DNA of 64,000 nt from a virus, in IMG/VR virus record IMGVR_UViG_3300029915_000016, positions 18,613 through 82,612 of that record; one strand, given 5' to 3'. This document shows, one piece after another, positions 17,138-27,346 of the stretch. How positions within the stretch are numbered: position 1 is the stretch's first letter; every line of letters begins with the position of its first letter. The translations under genes and the position numbers were made by a program. A model generated the notes under the pieces. It saw only the letters and a list, made by a program, of their open reading frames with translations. It did no database searches and was not told the origin of the DNA.

Positions 17138-19771
17138 ATGCCTGATTCTAAGAAAACCACGAAAATTGTTCAGGTTAAAGGATTGGGGACCATATCTTTT
17201 CCGTCCGACATGGACGATGAGCATATCTCTCAGCAGATCATGTCGCATCTGAAGAAGAAGAAAACATCTCCCATCACAACAGAGGAGAGCGAGCACGCAC
17301 GGCAACTGAAGCCTGCGCAGCCGTTGAGCACGGCGATACCTAAGATGCCTGAGTGGGCTAACAAGCCTATACTCTCAGGTCTGACGGTTGATGCACAGAT
17401 TGAGAGAGCAGAGAAAGGTGGTCACCAAAAAGATGCAGATTGGTTAAGGAAACAGAAGGCTCTACAAGATAAGGCTTACGAGAAGAACAAAGAGAAATAT
17501 CCTATCGCCACAGGAGTAACCACGGGCGTAGGAGAATTCGCTGATAGTATGACGAGTCCTGCAAATCTGGCTTTGATTGTAGGATCTCCACAATCCAAAC
17601 TACTCAGTGCTTTCTTCTCTATCCAAGCTCTCAAAGGCTCATACCAGAACGCGAAGCAGGCTCAGGATGCATACGACAAAGGAAACAACCAAGAAGCTAT
17701 AAAGTACGCCACAGAAGCGGGTCTAGGGATCGGATTGGCCTACGGAGCAGGAAAACATGCAGTCAAGGATCTTCCTGTACCGGCTCCTGTACGGAACTTT
17801 ATGGAGAACGAGGAAGGAAGTCTTACCTACAAAGCATCCGATAAATCTCAGCCATTCTTTTTGAAGTCAGAGAAGATACTGAATGACAAGGTTCGGGGTC
17901 CAATGCCGGGTGAGGACATTCACAAGATGCTTTTGGCGAACGGCGTAGGACCGGAAGAGATGAAGTGGACTGGCTTGGATGACATGTTGAAGGGGAAGGG
18001 AAAAGAGAAAGTAACCCCTGCCGACATTCAGAAGCATATTGCAGAGAATGATATACAGATTAAGGAAGTGACAAAAGGAGACAATAGTGAAGAAGAAGCG
18101 TTAAGGAATGAATATTATCGTCTTGGAAATGCTCGTCAAGCTGCGTATAAGAAAGCAGAAGCGTCTGGAGATAAAGCGGATTATGAAGAATCTATACGAC
18201 TAGGACAACAAGAGAGCGAAGCACATAATAGATGGAACGAATACCGCGATAAACCGCGTGAATCAACTAAATTCGCAGGATACACTCTTCCCGGAGGCAG
18301 TAACTACCGGGAGATGCTGTTGACGATGCCTCAAGACAAATTTATGCCTTCGTTTGATGAATGGTCTAGAGCAAACGGATATGGAGACCATGAAGGATCT
18401 AGAAATCTATACGAAAAAATAAGGAATGGAGAGTCTCCAGATACCACTGGGAATTCCAACCAATTCCGTTCCTCTCACTGGGAAGAACCCAACGTACTAG
18501 GACACGTCCGCTTTAATGACCGTACTGGTCCTAATGGGGAGAAGATACTGCACGTCGAAGAGTTGCAGAGCGATTGGCATCAGAAAGGTAGATCGGAAGG
18601 GTATCGTCTTCCCGTATCTGAAACATCGAAGATGGACTCGGAATATCGTGCATTAGTTCACAAGAACGCAGATTCCAGAGCTAATGGAGGAACTCCTAAT
18701 CCGGCAGATGTTGCCAGAGCGAAGGAACTTGAGGAGCATTTAATAAGATCAGATAAATCAAAGATGCCCGATGCTCCATTTAAGAAGGAATGGCCAGAGC
18801 TTCTATTCAAGCGTATGCTCCGGTACGCGGCAGAGAACGGCTATGACGGCATTAGCTGGACGCCGGGAGAAGAGCAGGCGTCACGATACGACTTGTCGAA
18901 GCAGATCAGCCGAATTGAATATAAAAAAGGAATGAAGTATAACCACACCGACCCTCAGAAGTGGACGATCAACGCTTTTGATCTTGACGGTAATGGTGTG
19001 ATGAAACAATTCGTCACAGGTGATGAACTACCAAATATTGTTGGGAAAGAGGTAGCCGCAAAGATTATAGGCGATAAGGAAGACCAAGGAGAACTTTCCG
19101 GTCTCGATCTCAAGGTTGGCGGGGAAGGAATGAAGGGATTTTACGACAAGATCGTACCCGACATAGCCAACAAGCTAGGAAAGAAGTGGGGAACGAAGGT
19201 TGGAGAGACGAAGATACCAGTACAAGGAGATTTTGAATACAAATACAGTGGACCAGAAAGGACAATGGACGATGTAAACACTCTCTTGTCCGTAGCTCAG
19301 GGGAGAGGAAACACGAAGATTTCTCCGATCACTGGCAAGCCTATGATGTTTGTTGCGGAACGTGTGGATGTTGAAAACGGTCTGCAAAGAATAAAGAGAG
19401 AGATGAAGCAAGGCAAGACTTTCTCTCAAGCAATGGGAATAACAGGAACCCCTGAATTAGCAGAATGGTTTGGCGGAGAGGTAAAGGAAGCAGCTAACAT
19501 CAACCAGAAGCCAGTACCCTACATGCCTATCACTCCAGAGATGCGTAAGGGAGTGAAGGGGGAGCAGCACAGCCTATTCGGATCAGGAACGGCACCGACA
19601 CTATCTGATGTGAAGGCGAAAGCAGAAAAGTTGAATCCTAAGCAGATCAAAGAGTCCGTTGCTCACTCTCAGTCAAACGGAGTGAAAGTTACCGATCCGA
19701 ACGGACACATCCATACATTTCCTGACGAGCAGAGCGCGTCAAGGTTTAAGATGGCAGCAGGTATACAGTAG
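17138..19771 (+). CDS. Large virion-associated polyvalent-type protein
   Basis: EELQSDWHQKGR, APFKK and YAAENGYDGISW motifs seen in large phage injected proteins; TATAAT at 17126 suggests a leaderless ATG 17138. Confidence 0.55.
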   Translation: MPDSKKTTKIVQVKGLGTISFPSDMDDEHISQQIMSHLKKKKTSPITTEESEHARQLKPAQPLSTAIPKMPEWANKPILSGLTVDAQIERAEKGGHQKDADWLRKQKALQDKAYEKNKEKYPIATGVTTGVGEFADSMTSPANLALIVGSPQSKLLSAFFSIQALKGSYQNAKQAQDAYDKGNNQEAIKYATEAGLGIGLAYGAGKHAVKDLPVPAPVRNFMENEEGSLTYKASDKSQPFFLKSEKILNDKVRGPMPGEDIHKMLLANGVGPEEMKWTGLDDMLKGKGKEKVTPADIQKHIAENDIQIKEVTKGDNSEEEALRNEYYRLGNARQAAYKKAEASGDKADYEESIRLGQQESEAHNRWNEYRDKPRESTKFAGYTLPGGSNYREMLLTMPQDKFMPSFDEWSRANGYGDHEGSRNLYEKIRNGESPDTTGNSNQFRSSHWEEPNVLGHVRFNDRTGPNGEKILHVEELQSDWHQKGRSEGYRLPVSETSKMDSEYRALVHKNADSRANGGTPNPADVARAKELEEHLIRSDKSKMPDAPFKKEWPELLFKRMLRYAAENGYDGISWTPGEEQASRYDLSKQISRIEYKKGMKYNHTDPQKWTINAFDLDGNGVMKQFVTGDELPNIVGKEVAAKIIGDKEDQGELSGLDLKVGGEGMKGFYDKIVPDIANKLGKKWGTKVGETKIPVQGDFEYKYSGPERTMDDVNTLLSVAQGRGNTKISPITGKPMMFVAERVDVENGLQRIKREMKQGKTFSQAMGITGTPELAEWFGGEVKEAANINQKPVPYMPITPEMRKGVKGEQHSLFGSGTAPTLSDVKAKAEKLNPKQIKESVAHSQSNGVKVTDPNGHIHTFPDEQSASRFKMAAGIQ

Positions 19772-20911
19772 ATGCCCACACCGAACAAGCCGAAGGAGTT
19801 CTATCATTCCTTAGCGAAAACGCATGGTGCAACGTCCAGCGTGATACCTGATACCGGCTCTGTGATGCCGCCAGAAGAGCAGAGAATCGAACACGCCGTA
19901 GACGCTCGATACGTCAAAGCAGCACCGTATCAGGACGCCATATCATCGGTAGGAAAGAACGAACCGCACGAGATACAAATCAACGATCCTTCGCGCTTTT
20001 CTCTTGATCCGGTGCAGACAAAATCACACGAGTTGATCCATCTGGCGATGAACCAGCTTGCAGGCCCACTAAGGAACGCTATCCCGAAAGATGATCCGAA
20101 GAAGCCTTACGATATATCCAATATTGACGATCTTAGGAAGAAAGGACTCAAGTTGTGGCAACTACCACAAGAGCAGGCCGCAACTATTCTCCAGACCTAC
20201 ACAGCCGATCCTAGCCAGCGTAAGAGGCTTCAGGAGTGGGTGAACGACCTGAATAATATGCCTTTATCTGTGATGAATCCAACGAGTCCTAACCAAAAAG
20301 GGATCAACACAACAATACGACCACCAGTGCCACCGATAGAGGGATACGAGAGGCTGAAGGACATAAAAGCAAAGGCTCAAGAGCTACATAATCATTTCGT
20401 CAAGTCTGGATACGCGCAACCAAGTAAAGATATTCCTCTTCCATCACAGCCAAAGGACGCATTAAACAAGTATGCCAACCCTGAGCAGCAACCGCCGAAG
20501 GTATCGTTTGAGTTCAATAAGGGATGGTCGAAACCGGGTCCATACGCGACGAAACTTATTCCTACAGAGGAGCAGGAGTTCCGTCAGTGGGCGGCAAAGA
20601 ATCCTAATTCTATACGTGGCGAAGTAGGACCAGCACCGAAATTTGAGCCTATTCCTACGGCAGATTATGACGTGAGAGGACACTTTCATGCGGCCAAGAC
20701 AGGAGATCCTGCGGCGACACTGACACCTAACAAGTGGGATGGGAAGATACACGGTAATGATCGATTCAAGACGCCTTACAATGGAGGGTTTTCTAATGAG
20801 AGCATGTACGCTCTGCCTCATGCTCCACGGTGGGTAGTAAACAGATTGATGACGCATGATGGTAAGCTGGTAACAGACGAAACACCACGTAAGCCGGGAG
20901 GACAAAAGTGA
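19772..20911 (+). CDS. Putative virion protein with zincin-like HExxH motif
   Basis: SHELIH; abuts previous stop. Confidence 0.5.
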   Translation: MPTPNKPKEFYHSLAKTHGATSSVIPDTGSVMPPEEQRIEHAVDARYVKAAPYQDAISSVGKNEPHEIQINDPSRFSLDPVQTKSHELIHLAMNQLAGPLRNAIPKDDPKKPYDISNIDDLRKKGLKLWQLPQEQAATILQTYTADPSQRKRLQEWVNDLNNMPLSVMNPTSPNQKGINTTIRPPVPPIEGYERLKDIKAKAQELHNHFVKSGYAQPSKDIPLPSQPKDALNKYANPEQQPPKVSFEFNKGWSKPGPYATKLIPTEEQEFRQWAAKNPNSIRGEVGPAPKFEPIPTADYDVRGHFHAAKTGDPAATLTPNKWDGKIHGNDRFKTPYNGGFSNESMYALPHAPRWVVNRLMTHDGKLVTDETPRKPGGQK

Positions 20912-21132
20912 TTGAGCTAATTGAAGGTCAGTGGTTCAACCCGTATGAGATTGTATCGGTAAAGTCAATCAGCAAGGATAAATGTGTTTTATGGACGACA
21001 GGACAACCATCGACAGAAGGACACGTATTAGAATTTCCTGCCGAAGAAGTCGTCCAAGCAATTGAGGATGCAATAGAAGAGATCGAGAGCGAAGAAGTAG
21101 ACGACGAAGACGCCGATCAGAACGAAGAATGA
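20908..21132 (+). CDS. Small acidic hypothetical protein
   Basis: 4-nt overlaps on both sides. Confidence 0.55.
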   Translation: MIELIEGQWFNPYEIVSVKSISKDKCVLWTTGQPSTEGHVLEFPAEEVVQAIEDAIEEIESEEVDDEDADQNEE

Positions 21133-22052
21133 CAAGTCCATTCCTTTTATCTCACATAGAGCATTGCATACGTGACGGTTTCTGGACCCGCGATTGGAAA
21201 CGCTGGAAACTTGAGCCTAACGAGATGATCCAGCGTGGCCTATTGGCTGGACTAACCTCACCGCGACAGGATTACGGAGTAGTATGCGGTGAAGAGATCA
21301 TGGGTCTTGGTTCAGAACCGGGATTAGAGACCAAAGAACACAACTTATACGATCAAATAGTTCACTTAGCGGCACTCGCAGACATCGTATGCTCGGCCAT
21401 CCGTAAGCCCACCGAGGGCCCGTGGCTGCGCCCTGAGCCTGTTACGTTGGCGGAAGGATCAACGTGGCGATCAGGAGCCTATATGTCTCCAGATGGTCGT
21501 TTCTTGAGACGCATCGTCCTAGCGTCGGCGTGGAACGATGACCGTCACTACTCAGAGGCTCGTAGCTGGTATACATTGGGAGAAGTCTGTGCCTACGATC
21601 TTCCAATGCAGCAAGCCGTTATCATCCTTGGCCAACACCGGGAAGGAAAGCGACACGGCTACTGGTCGAAGGGACTCAGGCACCCGGTCAACAAAAAATT
21701 GCGATTCAGGAAGCGCAACGATGTGTCAACCGGGTTCAAGAGTTCATGGAACTCTGTATGGCGCGAGGATTATGACGAGATTACCACGAAAGAGTGGCTC
21801 GACGCCATGTATGAAGATGGGGTTTTACAGGACGTAGCATTCAACGTCGATATTCCTGTCCCTGTCAAGGAAGTTAGGAAGAAGATCGTAGACTTGGCGG
21901 CTAGGAAACTGGAAGAGATTGAAGAGATGAAAGAAATTCCAGATATGCAATTATCAACATGTTCATGGCCTGTGAAGTGCCAGTTTATCAGACCGTGCCA
22001 TAATTTCGAGACGCCCAATGGAAGGTATGGATTTGTTAATATCAATACCTGA
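21129..22052 (+). CDS. Degenerate PD-(D/E)XK/Cas4-like nuclease
   Basis: C-terminal CSWPVKCQFIRPC cluster; catalytic motif not clear. Confidence 0.45.
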   Translation: MTSPFLLSHIEHCIRDGFWTRDWKRWKLEPNEMIQRGLLAGLTSPRQDYGVVCGEEIMGLGSEPGLETKEHNLYDQIVHLAALADIVCSAIRKPTEGPWLRPEPVTLAEGSTWRSGAYMSPDGRFLRRIVLASAWNDDRHYSEARSWYTLGEVCAYDLPMQQAVIILGQHREGKRHGYWSKGLRHPVNKKLRFRKRNDVSTGFKSSWNSVWREDYDEITTKEWLDAMYEDGVLQDVAFNVDIPVPVKEVRKKIVDLAARKLEEIEEMKEIPDMQLSTCSWPVKCQFIRPCHNFETPNGRYGFVNINT

Positions 22053-22147
22053 TTAACTTCTTTGGAGACAAGCACTTATCAACACTTAATCCTTTGCTGA
22101 TACGTTTACGTATTCCTGCTTCAGTTATTCCTATTTTTCTAGCCCAA

Positions 22148-22405
22148 TCAGATACGCATAAGGTTTCGGATAGGATTAGGAGACGGTTTCCACCATTTAC
22201 TATCCCACGGCCATTCCCAACGAGATGGTTCATCTTTAGGAGCATAATCAACCCCTGTTGCTACTTGAGCGGAAGCAACGCGAGTATAAGAAATAGCTGC
22301 TCTTGCTAGTGTTGTATCCTTATGCTTATCATCATGTTCTGGAGTCCATTTCTCAACATCGATTTGACGTTTCCTCTCTGCTGCGATTAGCTCTATTCCG
22401 TTCAT
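22148..22405 (-). pseudogene. Common phage protein, apparently 3'-truncated and joined to an HNH-type HTH remnant
   Basis: IAAERKRQ...WPW..WWKP..RNL then early stop; ETLCVSDWARKIG HTH remnant in another frame to 22042. Confidence 0.4.
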
Positions 22406-22827
22406 CGTTTCTCCTTCTGGCTTTCAGACACCTGTACTCCATCAAACTTAAACCACCTGTTGAACTCGTACATCTCAGCCTCTCTAATCGTTCCGCCGAT
22501 GATTTCTCGGATAATATCCTCTGGTTTCATTACTTCAAAATGGTAGCGTGAGAAACTTCTGTAGTATCGAAACGTAGTCCTTTTCCGAACCGTTTTTCCG
22601 ATTGAGATAGCTAAACGTTCTCTCGCTCCAGACACCGTAGAGTTCTCAAGGCAAACAGGATCAAACGCAGCGTTCTCTGACTCGTATCCCTCATAAGTAC
22701 AGATCACTGAAATCATGTCCGATATGAGATCTTCGTGCAGACGTATCTTCCAACCGGGTTTGTACAATATTCTCTTGAGAAAATCGCTAACAGTATTCAC
22801 GGATTGTGAGGAAAAAAGAGGAGGCAT
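22402..22827 (-). CDS. Hypothetical protein
   Basis: Overlap-coupled in leftward operon. Confidence 0.55.
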   Translation of the reverse strand: MPPLFSSQSVNTVSDFLKRILYKPGWKIRLHEDLISDMISVICTYEGYESENAAFDPVCLENSTVSGARERLAISIGKTVRKRTTFRYYRSFSRYHFEVMKPEDIIREIIGGTIREAEMYEFNRWFKFDGVQVSESQKEKR

Positions 22828-23618
22828 TACTTGTCCTTGTTTTCTTCTGGGAGCAACACCTTATCGTACAGCCCGGCATCCTCTTCAGATTGAGCAATCC
22901 GGTTTATCGCATCAATCTTCGCATCAGGATACCGTTTCTTGGCCTCTTCGATGGTCATCTCTTGCACGATTTCTGCATCGTAAGGACCGAATAAGTGACG
23001 ATGAAGCATATAAACCTGCATAGCGTCCTGTTCGGTTGGTGGAACTCCGCGATGCACACCAGTATTGTCAACGTATCCACCGGGTAGTGGACGATAGGCA
23101 TACGGATCAAGTGGCTTAAATTCCAATGTTTTCATCGCAAGACGCATAGCGTGATCCCCCAATGTACACACGTCCTTAATCTTGAAGTAACCTCCGTCCT
23201 CTGGCTTCGCTGCCCACGACGATAAGATAAACGTCGTCACCTTACAAATTGGGCAGTACATCGCAATAGGCCACCCCTGCTCTGGTGGAGTGATGGATGC
23301 GATGTGGATTCCTGTTGTCGCCTCATGGATTCGATCAAGAAGATCATTGCTGACAAAGAAGTGATCGTATGTGTTCTTATTGGCCATACTCCATTCGATA
23401 GGAGGTTGCTTAGGAACATCAGCAAGAAGAGCATCTAAGTCATTCTTCATCTTCGTCAATTGGTCGATGGTCAACGGTTCGGAGTTGGCTGCTGTAGGAC
23501 GGTAAGGAGTCGTGTTTATGGGTGTACCAGACAAACCGGAAAAGATTTCCTTTTCAAACTCTTCTTTCAGTTTGGCAGACAGGTCATCAAGTTCCTTGGG
23601 AGTGAGATCGTCGCTCAT
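22827..23618 (-). CDS. Hypothetical protein
   Basis: RBS AAGGAG before MSDDLTPK; CPIC motif. Confidence 0.55.
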   Translation of the reverse strand: MSDDLTPKELDDLSAKLKEEFEKEIFSGLSGTPINTTPYRPTAANSEPLTIDQLTKMKNDLDALLADVPKQPPIEWSMANKNTYDHFFVSNDLLDRIHEATTGIHIASITPPEQGWPIAMYCPICKVTTFILSSWAAKPEDGGYFKIKDVCTLGDHAMRLAMKTLEFKPLDPYAYRPLPGGYVDNTGVHRGVPPTEQDAMQVYMLHRHLFGPYDAEIVQEMTIEEAKKRYPDAKIDAINRIAQSEEDAGLYDKVLLPEENKDK

Positions 23619-23631
23619 AGCTTTTTCTCCT

Positions 23632-23943
23632 TTACCTTCCATACCCAACGGAAGCACGCCGATATGCCTCGATGACTTTATCGTTCACTTCTGGATTATC
23701 TGTCAACAAGTCCTTAATGTGCTCAAGAGTTACATATCTTGGGCGGGAATAATATGATCCGTTTTGATCAGACCATTGTGTTCTTCTTCCCGTTCCGCTA
23801 CACGATGAACATGTGACAGCAGCCGATCTTCCATCGAAGGTTGGACCGCAGTCGTTGAAACCGGAACCATCGCAACTTTAGCACATGGCAACATATTCTC
23901 TCACTTTAAGTTTCTGCAACAAGATGTCATCAGGATTAGTCAT
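23632..23943 (-). pseudogene. DnaJ-type Zn-finger (CxxCxGxG) gene with internal TAA
   Basis: MTNPDD...MC*SCDGSG...CSSCSGTG; ATGA overlap with upstream gene; stop at 23878-23880. Confidence 0.65.
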
Positions 23944-24176
23944 TTCTCATCCTTTTCTGTACTCCAGTGAACAAACTTCAGAGTTGAATTAGGAGGAATA
24001 GACTTCATAGACTCCATCTGTTCTTTGGTTACTTCTCCAATCTCAGATAAATGAATCATCGATCCGCACTGCCTAGCCTTGCAAATCATAACGTGCATAT
24101 CAGGAAAGGATGGATCGAACCCCAACTCCTTACCGATTATCTTTTGTATTTCAGTTGGCTTAAACTTTTCCATCAA
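23940..24176 (-). CDS. Hypothetical protein
   Basis: Overlap-coupled ORF. Confidence 0.5.
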   Translation of the reverse strand: MMEKFKPTEIQKIIGKELGFDPSFPDMHVMICKARQCGSMIHLSEIGEVTKEQMESMKSIPPNSTLKFVHWSTEKDEK

Positions 24177-24483
24177 CTTTCTCCTTTTCTTGATACATAA
24201 AAGGAACGACTGTAGAGGTCATTGCTTTTAGATTCATGGTATCAAAGTGCAACTCTTCAATGTGCCGAGTCCTAGTCAGCAATTCCTCTTCCACTTTCTC
24301 GCAAAACTCGACAAACAGTGACGGCCAATCCATTCCTGATCCTTTGATGAAACGATCTACCTCATAGCGCATAGAACCGAACTTCCACGTTAGGAAAGCC
24401 TCAGCGCGTCGATAGTTCTCTCTGCGTTGGGACTCTTTGAAGTCCTGTTGCATCATCCACATAGTCTCTTTGTTGTCGTTCAT
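24160..24483 (-). CDS. Hypothetical protein
   Basis: RBS GAGGAG; overlap-coupled. Confidence 0.5.
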   Translation of the reverse strand: MNDNKETMWMMQQDFKESQRRENYRRAEAFLTWKFGSMRYEVDRFIKGSGMDWPSLFVEFCEKVEEELLTRTRHIEELHFDTMNLKAMTSTVVPFMYQEKEKVDGKV

Positions 24484-24752
24484 GCCTCTCCTCGTATTCC
24501 CGCCGCATCAATCAATAACCGAGCAGCTAGTTTCTCAAGATCGTTCAATTCATCGACTCCTGCGGCTTGCAGGAGGAGTCTTTTCTTTAGACACATCACA
24601 GCCGCCAATACCTCATCGTTATCGGGATACAATACTGGTCGTAAAGCGCAAATCTTTAGCGGTCCTTTTAACTCAAATGCCGCAATAAGGTCATCGATAA
24701 TTACGGAATCAAATGCCATTGTGTCTCCTACCGGATGTGAAAATCCATACAC
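24480..24752 (-). CDS. Hypothetical protein (start may be MAFDS)
   Basis: Overlap-coupled ORF. Confidence 0.45.
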   Translation of the reverse strand: MYGFSHPVGDTMAFDSVIIDDLIAAFELKGPLKICALRPVLYPDNDEVLAAVMCLKKRLLLQAAGVDELNDLEKLAARLLIDAAGIRGEA

Positions 24753-25153
24753 TCAGAAGTTCCTACCCCGCCAAGGAACTCCATCGTCTCAAACGTCATC
24801 GAGTTTCGTTCAACTACCCAAGGCCACACATCATCCGTAACCCAACACTGTGGCCGTCCATCAGCGCATCCATCACGAACTCTATCCAGCGTTAGGACGA
24901 TAGGTTTCTCGTCATCGGGAAACATGTGTCGATACTGATACTCGATCTCTTTGGCCATTATATGATTACCTGTCACGATGTAGCAGAATCCAGAACAGTA
25001 TTCGTGAACAAATCCCAAAAGAGCTAAAGTTTTTCCTGTCCTACGGTCACGATGAACCACCACACCTTTGCCTAGTTCGGCTTTGATGGAGTTGATAGAC
25101 TCAGCAAGCGTGGACAATCCAACGCTACGAGGTTTTAGCTTAATATCGGTCAT
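24728..25153 (-). CDS. Small protein with P-loop-like motif
   Basis: RDRRTGKT Walker-A-like and WVTDD Walker-B-like segments. Confidence 0.45.
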   Translation of the reverse strand: MTDIKLKPRSVGLSTLAESINSIKAELGKGVVVHRDRRTGKTLALLGFVHEYCSGFCYIVTGNHIMAKEIEYQYRHMFPDDEKPIVLTLDRVRDGCADGRPQCWVTDDVWPWVVERNSMTFETMEFLGGVGTSECMDFHIR

Positions 25154-25311
25154 CTCACCCAACTCAGAAACAGAATGTACCCCACAGCCAAAGTGAAGAG
25201 AGACGATCTGAAAAAATCTCCCCAACCGTATGTAAATGACGAGTTTTCAAACCACTCAAGAGCGATAAAACATACGACTACAAACGTCGCTAGGATATGT
25301 AAGAGCATCAT

Positions 25312-25965
25312 TTACAGCCATCCTCTCTCGCTGTTGATACCGATTGTATCGCCAGCAATGCCAACATCTCCGGGACCGGGATCGTCTTCCATCATGTCTT
25401 CTGGTATGCCTCCTATTGCGCCACCCATGCCAGCGGCGATAGGACGCGAAGGACCATCATTCGTGGTAAGGGTAGGGCGCACCATCTGCTGTAGTGGTTG
25501 AGTAGACTGTAGGGGCATGGATTCAGTCTCTATGGTTCCTCCTAGCGCCCTGATGGTCTTGATTAGGCGTGGCATCTTGGAGGTTAGACGTGCAACCATC
25601 TCTTCGTGATAGGCAAGGGCTTCTGCGGCTTCCTCGTAGTCTTTATTAGCGATTTCCAGAGCCTTTCCATAGACCTTTGAGACAGGCTTTTCTTTGAGGG
25701 CACGCATCCTACCTTTTTCGGCAGGAGTAGGCTCTGCTGGAATGACAGGAATAGGATCTATTTCAACGACAGGAACAAGTTCGGTAGTAGGAGACGGTAG
25801 CGATGTTTCTCCTGTCTGTGAGTTGACGTATGTTATTGTTGTGTTCTCAGCTTTCTTTTTATCCCATCGTGCTCGTGCTCCTGCTTTTGCAATGGCGCTT
25901 CTTTGCTCTTTCGAGAGCTTTGCCCTTCTCGCATTGCCGCCTCTTGATCCTTTTTTCTCAATCAT
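25312..25965 (-). CDS. Putative DNA-binding regulator with GGxAR..LS.EQRS.IA..GA.ARW motif
   Basis: N-terminal motif as found in P63C-associated phage proteins. Confidence 0.55.
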   Translation of the reverse strand: MIEKKGSRGGNARRAKLSKEQRSAIAKAGARARWDKKKAENTTITYVNSQTGETSLPSPTTELVPVVEIDPIPVIPAEPTPAEKGRMRALKEKPVSKVYGKALEIANKDYEEAAEALAYHEEMVARLTSKMPRLIKTIRALGGTIETESMPLQSTQPLQQMVRPTLTTNDGPSRPIAAGMGGAIGGIPEDMMEDDPGPGDVGIAGDTIGINSERGWL

Positions 25966-26510
25966 TTTGTGTCCTTTATTGACTTCAATTCGCGGTGTAA
26001 TGAGCAGATGATTTCTCTATTATGAAGGCATCCATAGCAAAGTGTAGGACTACCGGGCTTGGCACGGCAAGTGTCACACTCCACAAAAGACTCTTCCTTC
26101 TTTTTATTAAAAGAGGGGTTCCTGAACACACCCGGAGAAGAGTGGATGTCGCAATTTCCATCGCCATCATTGTCGCGCTCACATAATTTTAGAGGATCAG
26201 GAACGTTGGTTGTATATATCTTTCCACCAGACCATACGCCGATAGGAATAGTCGTACCAGCTCTCCAGACCACAGTACCGTCCTTGTGTTCAGGAGTGAC
26301 GCGAAACATGCGGCGAACATCTTCAATCGCCACGTTGTATCCAGCCTGCCACGAGTTCGTATTTGAGTTGTGATGTCTCTTTAATTCTCCGTCTAGCCAC
26401 TTGAGAGCCGCTTCAAGCATAGCTTCGACGGCAGGCATTGCAAACGAGGCGGGACAGTATTCATAAGCAGCCGACAACATTCCGTCTGGTACATTCATTT
26501 TATCGTCCAT
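25962..26510 (-). CDS. Hypothetical protein
   Basis: RBS AGGAG before MDDKM; Cys-rich C-terminus. Confidence 0.5.
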   Translation of the reverse strand: MDDKMNVPDGMLSAAYEYCPASFAMPAVEAMLEAALKWLDGELKRHHNSNTNSWQAGYNVAIEDVRRMFRVTPEHKDGTVVWRAGTTIPIGVWSGGKIYTTNVPDPLKLCERDNDGDGNCDIHSSPGVFRNPSFNKKKEESFVECDTCRAKPGSPTLCYGCLHNREIICSLHRELKSIKDTK

Positions 26511-26623
26511 CTTTTTCTCCTGATTCCAAACTCTACGCTTGCTTGCGACAATATGCAAGCATAAAAAGTAAGAAAGTTTGCACATCCACCAAACAGGTGT
26601 ATTCTATCGGCAGAGGACCACAA

Positions 26624-26833
26624 ATGGAATCTCCAGACGCTCTTTCAATCGCCTTCCAAGTGGCTGAGGAATCGGCCACACTCGTTAAACTACTCGTTAT
26701 TGGCGTGCGTGCCAACGGATCTGTGCTTATATTAGACAGCGGTCTATCGTTAGACGAAGCTCAGAAGATGGGCAAGGATTTGGGCCTCTGGGTGGGTGGG
26801 CAACTGGAAAAAGAATTTCTCAAAACCTCTTGA
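26624..26833 (+). CDS. Hypothetical protein
   Basis: RBS GAGGA before MESPD. Confidence 0.5.
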   Translation: MESPDALSIAFQVAEESATLVKLLVIGVRANGSVLILDSGLSLDEAQKMGKDLGLWVGGQLEKEFLKTS

Positions 26834-26877
26834 CAAATGCAAACTCTGCGCCTATGGTATGCGAATGGAGTGCAAGC

Positions 26878-27099
26878 ATGAGAATGCACGAGAGAGAAAT
26901 TCCCGTACAAAAAGCGCATAACGATATGGCTATAGTGGTCACGGAGGCCATTGGACGGCATCCGGGTCTGACCTATTTGGAACTTCTTGCCATACTAAAC
27001 CAAGTGGCCGCATCGTGGATTAAGATAGCTATTCGGGATGAAAGAAATACTAACGAAGCAATACAACCGGGAGGAGAAAGATATGTCGAAAAGCAATAA
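26878..27099 (+). CDS. Hypothetical protein
   Basis: GGAG RBS; TTGACA at 26830. Confidence 0.5.
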   Translation: MRMHEREIPVQKAHNDMAIVVTEAIGRHPGLTYLELLAILNQVAASWIKIAIRDERNTNEAIQPGGERYVEKQ

Positions 27100-27346
27100 C
27101 CATAGCATGACATCAAAAGGAGTAGGATTTAGCGAATTGTTAACCGTGTTGTTTATCGGCCTCAAGTTGGGACACGTTATTAACTGGAGTTGGTGGTGGG
27201 TGCTATGTCCATTGTGGATTGGCGCTGCTTTCATCTTTGCGATCCTTGCGCTTGTGTTCGTCGTCGCTATTCTTGTTAGCTCCGACAACAGAACGGAAAA
27301 GGAAGAGACGTTTGAGCCGCGTGCTGGAAAGACGCTGGGATTATGA
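27083..27346 (+). CDS. Small phage membrane protein
   Basis: GF..LLTVLFIGLKL..VINWSWWWVL.PLW family motif. Confidence 0.7.
   Translation: MSKSNNHSMTSKGVGFSELLTVLFIGLKLGHVINWSWWWVLCPLWIGAAFIFAILALVFVVAILVSSDNRTEKEETFEPRAGKTLGL

Noticed and set aside
17009-17305. Minus-strand ORF with ALPRLAVPSRAEP-like low-complexity tail
   Set aside because: Antisense reading of the NN-GGY array and of the next gene; no RBS.
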